From: Candidatus Methanomethylicaceae archaeon
GTDB taxonomy: Archaea > Thermoproteota > Methanomethylicia > Methanomethylicales > Methanomethylicaceae
DNA length: 64,000 nt
Assembly (NCBI GenBank): GCA_025057955.1
Contig: JANXER010000001.1
Coordinates: 46,917-110,916, forward strand
Direction of reading: 5' to 3'
Below the pieces are notes generated by a model, which was not told the DNA's origin, ran no database searches, and saw only the letters and a list, made by a program, of their open reading frames with translations. Numbering within the stretch: the first letter of the stretch is position 1; each line of letters begins with the position of its first letter. Positions 48,614 to 59,363 of the stretch are shown here, piece by piece. A program made the position numbers and the translations under genes.

Positions 48614-50173
48614 TTAATAAATTCTTATTAGATTTGGATAATACTCTTTGAGTACTCTTTCCATATTTGCACGTGAAACAAATGTTCTCAAGGCATTTAA
48701 TCCCACTCTATAGTATGCTTCTGGATCATTTCTATAGATTTCATATATCTTAAAGAAGAGCGTTTGAAATTGCTGATATTCTCTTTCATTTATTTCTTTA
48801 GCAGCTTCGCTAAAATATTCTATAAGCAACCTTACGTCCTCTCCAAATAACCAACCATTTATATCATTTATTATGAATTCAGGCACACCACCATCAATTG
48901 ATGATAGGCTGGGAATGCCATTTACAGCAGCCTTCATATAGCTGGTTCCACAGGCTTCCCAACCAGGAAAAGGAGTGAATAGCAAAAGATCAGCTCCACT
49001 TAATATTAATTTTGCAGTGTATATGGAATAATTTGGAATATATATTACATTATTAAATTCCTTGTGCAATTTCATAAATAATTTCATATATTCCAAACCT
49101 TGAAAATCAAATGGATGTGCTTTTCCACTGATTACAATAACTATTGGTTTATCTTTTATTTGAGGGATAAGTCTAGCTATGAAATCAGGCCTTTTATATG
49201 GAACCATTCTTCTAGACCATACAGCTATGAACTTATTATCTAAATCAATATCTTTAATTTTACTTAAATAATCTATTAATCTTTGTTTTAATCTCTCTCT
49301 AATTTCAATGAATGTATCTAGTCTAAGTTCATAATTTCTATGCTTTTCAGCAAGCTCTAAATCCATCCATCTCTTTAAACAGATTCCATTGGTAACATAG
49401 CTCAGCTTATCTCTATGATGAGGAAATACCTTGAGAAGAATGCTTAAATGTTTTGCAGAAACTGCTAAGGATTGTCTAGAAAGCGATAATCCAATCTCTG
49501 TTAATACAACATCATTATCAACAAAAGTATAGCCTAATTCCTTTCTAAAGAACTCTCTATTAAAAGTGGGATGACCCCAAGGACCTGCAGTATGTATAAC
49601 AAGTCTATATTTTCCTGGAATCTTCAAAGATAAGGGCAATAGAGCAGCATAAGACTCTTGAAGATCTATACACTCTATTTCATCCAAGGAAATATTTCTT
49701 CTTATATAGGCCTCTGATGCTTTTGCAAATAGTAAATACTTATAGAATTTTATCTCTGTGTTCTCTTCAATGTAAAGTCTTTCAAATAATTTCTCCGCCC
49801 AATTGGGGGATATAGACTTGAAAAAAATGGCATTTGCATTTTTTTCAGAGTACTTCAAGGCTTGAACTTTTACAACCTCATTTCTCAAGTTTATATTAAA
49901 TTCATCAAAGATATTCAACCTACTTGAAAATTCTTTCGGTTGAGGTTGAGGCTTTGGAATGGGGTTTAAATTGGAATCAAATTCATAGTCCACATAACCC
50001 TCTTTATAGTAAATTGATAATACATGGTAATTTATTCCTAAGTCAGCAGCAGCATAAAATTTATCTCCTTCAAGAACGCCCAATCCTCCAGCATAAGTAT
50101 TACCAAATTCCAAAGCTATATCTGGTGTTACACTAATAACATTTTCATTTTTAATCATTCGCCCACCATACAT
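48614..50173 (-). CDS. Alpha-glucan phosphorylase family protein (GT35-like, short form)
   Basis: AGGLGVLEGD resembles GGLGVLAGD, and the PLP-lysine region EACGTSYMKAAVNG resembles EASGTSNMK; 519 aa. Confidence 0.6.
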   Translation of the reverse strand: MYGGRMIKNENVISVTPDIALEFGNTYAGGLGVLEGDKFYAAADLGINYHVLSIYYKEGYVDYEFDSNLNPIPKPQPQPKEFSSRLNIFDEFNINLRNEVVKVQALKYSEKNANAIFFKSISPNWAEKLFERLYIEENTEIKFYKYLLFAKASEAYIRRNISLDEIECIDLQESYAALLPLSLKIPGKYRLVIHTAGPWGHPTFNREFFRKELGYTFVDNDVVLTEIGLSLSRQSLAVSAKHLSILLKVFPHHRDKLSYVTNGICLKRWMDLELAEKHRNYELRLDTFIEIRERLKQRLIDYLSKIKDIDLDNKFIAVWSRRMVPYKRPDFIARLIPQIKDKPIVIVISGKAHPFDFQGLEYMKLFMKLHKEFNNVIYIPNYSIYTAKLILSGADLLLFTPFPGWEACGTSYMKAAVNGIPSLSSIDGGVPEFIINDINGWLFGEDVRLLIEYFSEAAKEINEREYQQFQTLFFKIYEIYRNDPEAYYRVGLNALRTFVSRANMERVLKEYYPNLIRIY

Positions 50174-50358
50174 GAAAGATTATATCTCTCTATATAAAAG
50201 TTATAGAAGTATATTATTTACTAATTAAAATTAAATAGTCCAATAACCATAAAAAAGTATAAAATCGCTTAACATTACAATTTAATTATGCTCTTTGATT
50301 ATTTAAAACCATCCAAAGAAAAGTTAGGGATTTTAATTTGAAAAGCATGAAAGCCATC

Positions 50359-51450
50359 CTATTCAAAAATTAAGTTCAATCTATCAATGGTCTTTATACC
50401 GGTTCCTGTCATAGGTATTAAAACTTTCCCTAAACCTCTAGTTTTTCTGAATGCTGCATATGCAGTTGCAGAGGTGGGCTCAACAATTATGCCCTTTCTA
50501 TAGAGAAATTTTAGAGCGCCCATGATTTCATTATTATTTACTATAAACACATCTCCTGAGGTTGCTCTTATCACACTTAAAATTTCATCCTTTCTGGGGG
50601 GATCATCTACTCTTAGACCATCAGCTAGAGAGCTATTTTTAATCCCTCCTATCTTTCCATATATTGCCTCATATATAGGAGCACATTCTTCTCCTTGAAC
50701 AGCATAAAATTCTGGAATATTATTAAGGAGACCCATTTCATTCAGTTCAAAAAAACCTTTAAATAGTCCCAATAATAGGGTGCCACTTGCCACTGGTACA
50801 ATAATTGCATCAGGAATATGGCCGCTTTCAAATACTTCAAAGGCTATAGTTTTTATTCCTTCAATATAAAAAGCATCCCATATATGCCCTACATAAAGTT
50901 CATTTTCTCTTAGTTCGCTTACAGCTCTAATGGAGGCATCCTTTCTACTTTCACATTCAACAATTTCAGCACCACATGCTCGAATAATCATACGCTTTGC
51001 AGAAGGGGCATCTTTAGGAACATATATCCTAGCCCTTATATTTGCTTTAGCTGCATAAGCTGCAGCCGCTATTCCTGCATTTCCTGATGAATCCTCAACA
51101 ATGCTTCCCACACCCATAAACTTCGCTCTACTTAAACTTACAGCTGCTCCTCTATCCTTAAATGATCCTGTGGGTGAAAAATATTCTAGCTTTAATATTA
51201 CACCTTCATCCTTCATCTCAACAATTGGAGTATTTCCTTCCCCCAAGGTTACCAACCCCTCTGAGAAGGGAATTAATTTTCTATATCTCCAAAGTCCCCT
51301 TTCATTCTTATCAATAATTTGGTTAAATTGATTGAATTTTGAAAGTTGAGTAATTAAGTTGAAAGGGAAATTACAAGAAGGACATTTCCAGTAATATGTA
51401 ATCATAGGATAAACTTTGCCACATTTTTTACATAGAAGTGTAAAATTCAT
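50359..51450 (-). CDS. thrC: Threonine synthase
   Basis: PLP lysine motif SPTGSFKDRG, an N-terminal CKKCG..CPSC ribbon, and 363 aa. Confidence 0.85.
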   Translation of the reverse strand: MNFTLLCKKCGKVYPMITYYWKCPSCNFPFNLITQLSKFNQFNQIIDKNERGLWRYRKLIPFSEGLVTLGEGNTPIVEMKDEGVILKLEYFSPTGSFKDRGAAVSLSRAKFMGVGSIVEDSSGNAGIAAAAYAAKANIRARIYVPKDAPSAKRMIIRACGAEIVECESRKDASIRAVSELRENELYVGHIWDAFYIEGIKTIAFEVFESGHIPDAIIVPVASGTLLLGLFKGFFELNEMGLLNNIPEFYAVQGEECAPIYEAIYGKIGGIKNSSLADGLRVDDPPRKDEILSVIRATSGDVFIVNNNEIMGALKFLYRKGIIVEPTSATAYAAFRKTRGLGKVLIPMTGTGIKTIDRLNLIFE

Positions 51451-51529
51451 AGTACTTAAAAGCTATTTTCTTCTACTTATTTTTATTCCATTTTCTTATT
51501 CCATCTTATTTATTTATTCCATAAAAAAA

Positions 51530-52738
51530 TTAGGAGCTTTTTAAGAACCATTTAGGTCCTTCCAATACTCTAGCCATTACTGTAGCAACAGCAACATCTC
51601 CGCTTGCATTTATCATTGTTCTTAGCATATCTAGTATCGGATCTATTGCTACTATCAATGCTATACCCTCAAGTGGAAGACCTGCTGCAGCTACAGTTGT
51701 AGCAAGCATCAATAGACCTCCACCTGGGATTGCAGCCGTAGCCACAGCCGCTAGAGTGCCTACAACAATTATTGTACCAAACAAACTTGGATCCAGCGTT
51801 ATACCAAATGCTTGTGCAATGAAGACTGCACAAAGAACTTGATACATTGCTGTTCCATCCATATGACAAGTTGCACCCACTGGTAGAACCAAACTTGTTA
51901 CATAATCAGGTATGCCAATTCTTTGAGCTGCTCTTATATTAACGGGCAAAGTTACAGCACTACTTCTAGTGGTAAAAGCTACAAGAGCTGGCTCAATTAT
52001 ATTCTTCCAGTAAACAATTGGATTGCGTTTGCTTAAAGCAACTACTATGGTATATACTATGAAGAAGAAGGCTAGGCTTACAGAATAATCGAGCGTTATC
52101 AACTTTCCATATGCTACTAATATTCCTGTACCATAAGTTCCCATAAGCCAAGCGGCATAGCCGAAGACGCCTATCGGTGCAACCCACATTACAAGCATAA
52201 CCACTTTTAAAATAACTTCAGAGAGGTATTGAAGTGCTCTAGCGATGGGTTTACCCTTTTCTCCCGCAAGGCTTATAGCAAGACCAAGTACTATGGAGAA
52301 GAATATAGCTTTTAGTAAACCTGCCACAGAGAATATATCTACAAAATCAAAAGGAATTACGCCTAGTATGAGATCAACAACAGATGGAGGAGTGGGTGGA
52401 GTATAACCTGGAGGAGGGGATAAACCTACACCTACACCAGGGCCAAATGCTAGTGCAGCCCATAACATTATAGAGGCTCCAAGTGCTGATAGAAATATGA
52501 ATATTATGAACATTCCAATAATTAGTTTGCCCAATCGACGCAAGTCTACAATTTGAGCAATTGCTGCTGTTATTGTAATTATTACCAGTGGAGTTACTAT
52601 CATACGCATTAATCTTATGAAGAGATCCCCTAATGGTTTGAGAACTGATGCAGCTTTTCCAGCACTAAGACCAGTTATTAAACCAAGAATGAATCCAATT
52701 GCAATAGCAATAATTAATGCATGCTTTTTCCAATCCAT
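51530..52738 (-). CDS. gltP: Dicarboxylate/amino acid:cation symporter (GltP/SLC1 family)
   Basis: 402-aa polytopic membrane protein with the sodium:dicarboxylate symporter helical-hairpin regions. Confidence 0.75.
   Translation of the reverse strand: MDWKKHALIIAIAIGFILGLITGLSAGKAASVLKPLGDLFIRLMRMIVTPLVIITITAAIAQIVDLRRLGKLIIGMFIIFIFLSALGASIMLWAALAFGPGVGVGLSPPPGYTPPTPPSVVDLILGVIPFDFVDIFSVAGLLKAIFFSIVLGLAISLAGEKGKPIARALQYLSEVILKVVMLVMWVAPIGVFGYAAWLMGTYGTGILVAYGKLITLDYSVSLAFFFIVYTIVVALSKRNPIVYWKNIIEPALVAFTTRSSAVTLPVNIRAAQRIGIPDYVTSLVLPVGATCHMDGTAMYQVLCAVFIAQAFGITLDPSLFGTIIVVGTLAAVATAAIPGGGLLMLATTVAAAGLPLEGIALIVAIDPILDMLRTMINASGDVAVATVMARVLEGPKWFLKSS
52656..52688. repeat. 33-nt direct repeat, copy 1, inside the gltP 5' region
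   Basis: tttccagcactaagaccagttattaaaccaaga, identical to 52813..52845. Confidence 0.85.
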
Positions 52739-52812
52739 AGAAATTCCCTAAACTTCATTAGTAAAGATTACTTAAAAATTTTTTTACTTTTAAAAAAAAT
52801 TATGTAACATGA

Positions 52813-52845
52813 TTTCCAGCACTAAGACCAGTTATTAAACCAAGA
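52813..52845. repeat. 33-nt direct repeat, copy 2, upstream intergenic
   Basis: Identical 33-mer lying 157 nt upstream of copy 1. Confidence 0.85.
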
Positions 52846-53225
52846 TATATTTTATAAAATTTAACTTCATCAAAATTTCAAAACTTAAAAGAAATTAGGA
52901 AAAATTATTTATTCATGAGTTTTAAATCACAATATTCTAATAATTTATTAATTTTTCCTCCTAAGATGGCCTTGGGCTTTATTAAAAAGCTTATTTTGCC
53001 TTTCACCACCGAATCCATTCAATATTTTCTTCCATTGGATGAGTATGGATTGAATATATTTCTCCTTGCTTTGGTATTTTTGAGGATTTCCATGGGCTTA
53101 ATTTCCATGGGCTTTCCACAATATAATTGTCCAACATGAAGAACCATTACCATATTTCCATGTATATTGTATATACGGTTATTGTTTATATTCCTCCATT
53201 ATGATTTTTAGCAAATATAAGGTTT

Positions 53226-53855
53226 TTATAAAGTTCTATTCCCAGTTAGAAGATAAGCTGTTTCATTAGCAATATAACATGCATGATCTGCCATTCGTTC
53301 AATAATTCTTGCAGCAAGTCCATTGAATAAAATGCAAGTATGCTCTACATCCTCGCTTGCAAGCTTTCTTAAGATTTTTCTATATTTTTGATCAATTAAT
53401 TCATCAGCCTTAATTACATTTCTTGAAGTTTCAAAATCCTTTTGTAAATAAGATCTAATGCTCGAAATTATCATTGATAGAGCATTCTCAAATAATGAAA
53501 GAACTTCACTAGTATCACATTTTGAAATATCAAATTCTTCTGCTACCTCTAAAATATTCCTTAGATAGCGGCATATTCTCGATATATCATAAGCTACTTT
53601 CATTGAAGTTGTTAACTTTCTCAAATCAGATGCAAAGGGCTGTAGTCTTATAAGAGCCTCAATGCAAAACTCCATAACTTTTTCCTCCTTAATTTGAGCT
53701 ACTTTACATAGCTCAGTTGCAAGAGGTAGAAGGCCTTTCTTTTTGTCCCTTAATAAGTGTAATACATGATCTTTAATATTTTCAATGAGCTCAGTCATTT
53801 CCATAATAGTTGAATTTATCTTATCTTCATACTCTTCAATACTTACTCCCATCAC
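53226..53855 (-). CDS. phoU: Phosphate transport system regulator PhoU
   Basis: Two PhoU repeats, 209 aa, terminal gene of the pst operon. Confidence 0.8.
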   Translation of the reverse strand: MMGVSIEEYEDKINSTIMEMTELIENIKDHVLHLLRDKKKGLLPLATELCKVAQIKEEKVMEFCIEALIRLQPFASDLRKLTTSMKVAYDISRICRYLRNILEVAEEFDISKCDTSEVLSLFENALSMIISSIRSYLQKDFETSRNVIKADELIDQKYRKILRKLASEDVEHTCILFNGLAARIIERMADHACYIANETAYLLTGNRTL

Positions 53856-54613
53856 CCAAACCTCCCTGTGATATATTTCTCAGTTAATGGATCTTTTGGA
53901 GATTCGAAGATCTCCTTGGTCTCTCCATATTCTATTAATTTTCCATTATATATGAAAGCCGTAAAATCAGATATTCTTGCTGCTTGCTGTATATTATGTG
54001 TAACTATTACTATTGTTGTATTATTTTTCAATACTCTAATTAAAGCTTCTACTCTAGCTGATGATGCAGGATCAAGCGAAGAAGTTGGCTCATCCATCAA
54101 TAGAACCTCAGGCTCAGTAGCAAGCGCTCTAGCAATACATAAGCGTTGCTGTTGGCCGCCAGATAATTGAGCTCCAGATCTCTTTAAGTCATTGCATACT
54201 TCATCCCATAATCCCACTTCCTTCAATTTACGCTCCACTATGCCATCTAATATTTTCCTATCTCGTATTCCCATTAACTTCAAACCTGCTACTACATTAT
54301 CATATATGGACATATGAGGAAAGGGATTTGGCTTTTGAAATACCATGCCAATCTTTCTCCTTACCTCCATGGCATCCATTTCTGAATATATGTCCTTTCC
54401 ATCAAGTATTACCTTTCCCTCTACTCTTGCTCCAGGTGTTAATTCATGCATTCTATTCAAACATCTAAGAAATGTAGTTTTTCCACAACCTGAAGGGCCA
54501 ATTATTGCAATTACTTTTTTCTCAGGAAACTCTAGATGAATATCAAAAAGGACTTGTTTATTTTGAAACCAAGCGCTTAAACCATTAACTCTAAGCTTAT
54601 ACATCAATATCAC
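53852..54613 (-). CDS. pstB: Phosphate ABC transporter ATP-binding protein
   Basis: Walker [13 protein letters not shown] signature LSGGQQQR, Walker B LLMDEP. Confidence 0.9.
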   Translation of the reverse strand: MILMYKLRVNGLSAWFQNKQVLFDIHLEFPEKKVIAIIGPSGCGKTTFLRCLNRMHELTPGARVEGKVILDGKDIYSEMDAMEVRRKIGMVFQKPNPFPHMSIYDNVVAGLKLMGIRDRKILDGIVERKLKEVGLWDEVCNDLKRSGAQLSGGQQQRLCIARALATEPEVLLMDEPTSSLDPASSARVEALIRVLKNNTTIVIVTHNIQQAARISDFTAFIYNGKLIEYGETKEIFESPKDPLTEKYITGRFG

Positions 54614-55428
54614 CTAGTTGAAATTCTTCTAACTAAAATGTTTATGAAGAGAACTAATAAAAGTAATAGAAGGGATGCCCCCCATGCTCTAATGACCCAA
54701 GCTTCAAAACCACTCATTGCATAATTATATATTAGCACTTGTAATGAGGCCATAGGCTCATTTATTCCTCTTGGCCAATAATAGCTGAATAAAGCTGTGA
54801 ATAGTAGTGGAGCAGTCTCTCCACTAATTCTAGCAAAAGCAAGTAGACTGCTTGTAATAATACTGCTCTTAGCTACTCCTAAAATAATCTTAGTAACTAC
54901 TATCCACTTGGGTAAACCAAGAGCAAATGCTCCTTCTCTTATCTCTATGGAGACTGCTCTCATTCCTTCTTCAGTTGCTTTAGCTACTATTGGTATAACA
55001 ATTATTGAAAGTGCAAAAGCTGCAGCAATTGCAGTATAATGACCTATTCTAATAACAATAAGTGCAAAGGCAAATAATCCAAGAATTATTGAGGGCACTC
55101 CAGATAGAGTGTAAATAATGGTTCTAATGAAGGTTGAAAAGGTACTATCATTGCTATATTCCGATAAATATATACCTGTGGCAATGCCAAGCGGAAGGCC
55201 TATAGCACAAGCCATAGCATTTATAATCAAAGTGCCCAATATTGCATTAGCAATACCTCCACCCTCTCCAATAGGTGCAGGAAGAGATATTAGAAACTCT
55301 AGGCCTATGACTGAAATTCCCTTAATAAAAACATCGAAGATTATCCAAAGTAATGGAATGGTTATTAAGACTACTACTATAGTTGAAGTGATTCTAATAA
55401 GAGCATTTTTAATTTTTCTCAAGTTCAT
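54610..55428 (-). CDS. pstA: Phosphate ABC transporter permease PstA
   Basis: ABC permease with the EAA-like region; second permease in the operon. Confidence 0.8.
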   Translation of the reverse strand: MNLRKIKNALIRITSTIVVVLITIPLLWIIFDVFIKGISVIGLEFLISLPAPIGEGGGIANAILGTLIINAMACAIGLPLGIATGIYLSEYSNDSTFSTFIRTIIYTLSGVPSIILGLFAFALIVIRIGHYTAIAAAFALSIIVIPIVAKATEEGMRAVSIEIREGAFALGLPKWIVVTKIILGVAKSSIITSSLLAFARISGETAPLLFTALFSYYWPRGINEPMASLQVLIYNYAMSGFEAWVIRAWGASLLLLLLVLFINILVRRISTR

Positions 55429-56354
55429 CTATATTTCACCCCTTTTTCAATGAACTTAGTAATGAAACTAATAGAAATTGAGAATAGTAAGAGTATTAAT
55501 GCTAAGGACATTAATGAAGAGTTGTGCATTAAATCAATTACGCTTTCTGGAAATTCACTAGCTATTTTACTTGTTATGGTTGTTGCAGGAGAAAAAAGCG
55601 ATATAGATTGAAAGGGCCATATATAGGAATTGCCAATAACCATAGTAACTGCCATGGTTTCTCCAAGTGCTCTTCCTAGGCCTAAAATTGTAGCAGCCAA
55701 TATACCTCTTCTAGCAAAGGGAATAACTACATGCCTTAATACTTCCCACTTAGTAGCACCTAAAGCAAACATAGCTTCTTTTAGTAAAATGGGAGTTTTC
55801 AAGAATATATCCATGCTAATTGAAGCTATTATTGGAGTTATCATAATTGTTAGAATTAAAGAGGCTAAGAATATACTCAAACCATAAGCAGGTCCAGAGA
55901 ATAGTGGAATAAATCCTATTGAGGCAATTATTGGCTCTTGAAAGTTAAGTTTAATAATTGGAGAAATTGTCCAAAGACCCCATATTCCATAAATTACACT
56001 TGGTATTGCAGCCAATAGATTCATAATTTCAGATATAATTGGACGAACTCTCAAGGGGCAATATTCAGTATAAAATATAGCAATGCTAAGGCTTATTGGA
56101 AAGGCAAAGGCAATTGCAATCGCTGATGAAATTATAGTGCCAAGTATTGCAGGTGCTCCTCCAAACAATTTGATATTTGGATCCCAAGAAGATCCAAATA
56201 AAATATAAAATCCATTTTCCATAAGAGATGGCATTGATCTCTCAAATAATGAATAAAACATTAATAGAAATATTACGATAATTATTAGAGTAGCAATTTT
56301 AAGTATAAGTTTAAAAAAATTTTCTAAAAAAATTATTTTTGATATGTTCTTCAT
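55425..56354 (-). CDS. pstC: Phosphate ABC transporter permease PstC
   Basis: ABC permease; first permease after pstS. Confidence 0.8.
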   Translation of the reverse strand: MKNISKIIFLENFFKLILKIATLIIIVIFLLMFYSLFERSMPSLMENGFYILFGSSWDPNIKLFGGAPAILGTIISSAIAIAFAFPISLSIAIFYTEYCPLRVRPIISEIMNLLAAIPSVIYGIWGLWTISPIIKLNFQEPIIASIGFIPLFSGPAYGLSIFLASLILTIMITPIIASISMDIFLKTPILLKEAMFALGATKWEVLRHVVIPFARRGILAATILGLGRALGETMAVTMVIGNSYIWPFQSISLFSPATTITSKIASEFPESVIDLMHNSSLMSLALILLLFSISISFITKFIEKGVKYR

Positions 56355-56415
56355 ATTTCATCATCTAAAATAAAAGTATAGGTTTAAAAAAATTTTGCCT
56401 TCAATGTTTTATCCT

Positions 56416-57471
56416 CTAAATTAAAGATCTCCCTTGATGGGTTACTTGTTTTAATAGAGATTCTCCAATTTTTACAACTTCACTTGGTAATTTCGGATAG
56501 AGTAGGGCTTCTGAATAGTTTTGACCCTCATGTATTGCCCACCATATGAAGTTCACTATGGCTCTTGCTTTATTGATATCCATATATGATAAATCTCTAT
56601 AGACTAGAGCATAAGTGAAGGCTGCAATGGGATATACATCCTTTCCTGGAAGATTTAGTATGGCTGATCTAACATCCTTAGATAGAAGCGCAGCTCCTGC
56701 TTTAGCTGCATTTGATAGAGTCTGCAGGGATGGTAATATGAATTCACCATCTCTATTCTTTATTGCTGCATAGGGAATGGAATTATTATGAGCATAGAAG
56801 AATTCTAAATATCCAATTGAATATGGTGTTTGTATTAGTGTGCTTGCTACTCCGGGATTTCCTGGGGCACCAAGGCCAACTGGCCATCTTATAGTTGTAC
56901 CACTGCCCAATACCCATAATTTGGAGGCTAATTTTAGATAACTAGTGAATACATAGGTTGTTCCACTTGAATCAGATCTTCTTACTACAACAATTTCTCT
57001 ATCAGGAAGGTTAATTCCAGGATTTAGAGATGTAATTTCAGGATCATTCCACTTTGTAATATTTCCTTGGAATATCTTGGCAATTACATCAGGTGTAAGT
57101 TTTAAGCCACTTCCAATACCAGGTATGTTGTAGCTAACTACAACGCCACCCATAGTCCAAGGAATATGTATCACGGGATCCTTCGCAAGTTGTTCATCAG
57201 TTAGAGGGGCATCTGATCCAGCAAAGTCAAAGGTTTTTGCTAGTAAATTGCTTATTCCAGCTCCACTACCTACGGGCTGATAGGAGATTTGTATATGTGG
57301 ATATCGCTTATTATACTCAGAAATCCATTTGGAAACTATTGGATATGGAAAGGTTGCACCGCCAGAAGTTATAGTAACTGGAACTACTTGCTGCGAACTT
57401 ATTATGAAGTATCCTCCTGCTATTATTGCTAATACAGCAATTCCTATGATTAAATATTTCATATTTACCAA
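56416..57471 (-). CDS. pstS: Phosphate-binding protein PstS
   Basis: N-terminal TM/signal anchor and a periplasmic-binding-protein fold with SGSG-like phosphate-binding loops; 351 aa. Confidence 0.8.
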   Translation of the reverse strand: MVNMKYLIIGIAVLAIIAGGYFIISSQQVVPVTITSGGATFPYPIVSKWISEYNKRYPHIQISYQPVGSGAGISNLLAKTFDFAGSDAPLTDEQLAKDPVIHIPWTMGGVVVSYNIPGIGSGLKLTPDVIAKIFQGNITKWNDPEITSLNPGINLPDREIVVVRRSDSSGTTYVFTSYLKLASKLWVLGSGTTIRWPVGLGAPGNPGVASTLIQTPYSIGYLEFFYAHNNSIPYAAIKNRDGEFILPSLQTLSNAAKAGAALLSKDVRSAILNLPGKDVYPIAAFTYALVYRDLSYMDINKARAIVNFIWWAIHEGQNYSEALLYPKLPSEVVKIGESLLKQVTHQGRSLI

Positions 57472-57504
57472 AATCTCACCTTAATCAGAAAAAGTATATT
57501 TTTT

Positions 57505-57532
57505 ATATATACTATTCCTAAATAGTATATAT
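57505..57532. promoter_or_regulatory. Perfect 12-nt inverted repeat with a 4-nt spacer in the pstS / AbrB-PhoU divergent promoter
   Basis: atatatactatt-ccta-aatagtatatat. Confidence 0.45.
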
Positions 57533-57575
57533 TTAAGTATATATCATATATATTAAAGATATCATATATATAAAG

Positions 57576-58574
57576 GTGAATCTAATGATAAGACGTATAC
57601 AAAAAGTTGGAGCCTCAACATATACAGTTTCTCTTCCAAAGGAGTGGGTTAAATCAAATGGCTTAGATGCAAAATCTGAGGTGGATGTGCAAATAATGGA
57701 AGATGGAAGCATTCGCATATCTACGCTTAGTTCAAGAAAAAAAGAGAGGGAAATTTTAATAAAGGAAAAAGAGGGCGATGTTGGCTTTCTAATTAGAAAA
57801 ATCATGGCAGCTTACATAGCTGGTTATGATATAATAAGGGTGGATCTCTCAGAGATTCTACCAAAGTTTGAGGGGAGGGATAAGCTTAGAAAAATCATTA
57901 AAAGTAAAATGGCTGGAGGGGAGATAATAGAAGAATCAATCAATCATATAATTATACAGATAATTTTCAGGCCATATGAATATCCATTGAATAAAATTCT
58001 AATGAGAATGGCTACATTAGTTCATGATATGATTTTAGATGTCTGTAGAGCCTTGAGTATAAAAAATAGAGATATTCTAATGGATGTAATTGAAAGGGAT
58101 GATGATGTTGATAAGCTATACTTTATGGGGAGCAGATGGCTTGCAAGTATTGTAGAAGATAGCTACTCCTCAATAGATCATGATATTGAGTCTGCTAGAG
58201 AAGTCTTAGAATATAGAATAGTGTTCAGACACGTGGAAAGAGTAGCAGATCATATGTGTAAAATTGCTACAATATTATTGAATCTATTTGATAAATTGGA
58301 TGATGATCATATCAATGTAATAAGAGAACTTCTTGAAGGAGTTGGAACAATATTTGTTAGATCTGTAAATTGTATCAAAACAAGAAATCTTCTTGATGCA
58401 AATAAAGTTATACATGATGCTAGAGTTATAATAAAATCAAGTGAGGATGCTCTAACTGGAAATCTTCTACTCAAAAAGGAAGTAAATAAATTGATAATAG
58501 CACTAGATAGCATAAGAAGAATTGCTGAATATGGAATAGGCATCTCTGAAATAGCTTTCAACATGAATATTTAA
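57576..58574 (+). CDS. AbrB-domain plus PhoU-repeat regulator, divergent from the pst operon
   Basis: N-terminal GASTYTVSLPKEWVKSNGLDA AbrB-like region, C-terminal PhoU-like repeats (DDVDKLYF), and 332 aa. Confidence 0.7.
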   Translation: MNLMIRRIQKVGASTYTVSLPKEWVKSNGLDAKSEVDVQIMEDGSIRISTLSSRKKEREILIKEKEGDVGFLIRKIMAAYIAGYDIIRVDLSEILPKFEGRDKLRKIIKSKMAGGEIIEESINHIIIQIIFRPYEYPLNKILMRMATLVHDMILDVCRALSIKNRDILMDVIERDDDVDKLYFMGSRWLASIVEDSYSSIDHDIESAREVLEYRIVFRHVERVADHMCKIATILLNLFDKLDDDHINVIRELLEGVGTIFVRSVNCIKTRNLLDANKVIHDARVIIKSSEDALTGNLLLKKEVNKLIIALDSIRRIAEYGIGISEIAFNMNI

Positions 58575-58577
58575 TAT

Positions 58578-59363
58578 TTAGATTCTTCTAGCTACAATCA
58601 TTAAACTAAAGGCCCACCAAGGATCATTGAAGCTATCAAGGTTCATAAGGTTTAAAGGAGGATCATATATATCTTCAATATTCCACTCTATGGAGATTGT
58701 TTTTAAGTAATCATTAATAGAATAAAGAGGATATTCTCGTTCCACCCTAGCGATATAATTTAATTTACTTCCACATTTTTTATAAAATTCCTTTTCTGTC
58801 TTAAGCATGGATGTAGTTAGATTGTATTTCCAAGTATGTAGCGATAGTATATCATCATTGAAATTAAACCACCTTTGGATTGAGGGGGATGAAAAAAGCG
58901 AAATTAATAGCTTCTCCTTTACAATATCCACTAGCAGAAGAATCCCTCCTTCTCTTATTTTATCCTTCAAATTTTTGAGAAATAACTTCATTTCATCAAG
59001 ATTTTTCCATGCTGAAGCTAATATGCATATGGCAGCATCAAATTCAGCCTTGGAGAAAAATAAAGTTCTATAATCACCAACAATATAATCAATATTATTC
59101 ATTAATCTTAAATTTTCAGCAATCTTCTTAGCTTCCTCAACACATTTCCTAGATAGATCTATTCCAGTAATCATATATCCTCTTGCTGCAAGACGATTGG
59201 ATATTCGCCCCACACCACATCCAAGATCGATTATGTGTCTAAATTTTCCCTTTCTTTTGAGAACCATATCAATAAAATCCACATCTCTATCGCCAGTCCA
59301 ATAGTTGCTTTTTATTATATTATACCATAAATCCTCATCGTAACCATATATTTTATTCACCAT
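58578..59363 (-). CDS. Class I SAM-dependent methyltransferase, substrate unknown
   Basis: IIDLGCGVGRIS motif I, an acidic motif II, and 261 aa. Confidence 0.6.
   Translation of the reverse strand: MVNKIYGYDEDLWYNIIKSNYWTGDRDVDFIDMVLKRKGKFRHIIDLGCGVGRISNRLAARGYMITGIDLSRKCVEEAKKIAENLRLMNNIDYIVGDYRTLFFSKAEFDAAICILASAWKNLDEMKLFLKNLKDKIREGGILLLVDIVKEKLLISLFSSPSIQRWFNFNDDILSLHTWKYNLTTSMLKTEKEFYKKCGSKLNYIARVEREYPLYSINDYLKTISIEWNIEDIYDPPLNLMNLDSFNDPWWAFSLMIVARRI

Noticed and set aside
52915-53139. 74-aa ORF in the gltP-phoU spacer
   Set aside because: It is hydrophobic and low-complexity with no motif. Its AT-rich context makes a chance ORF likely. It is kept only as part of the spacer finding.
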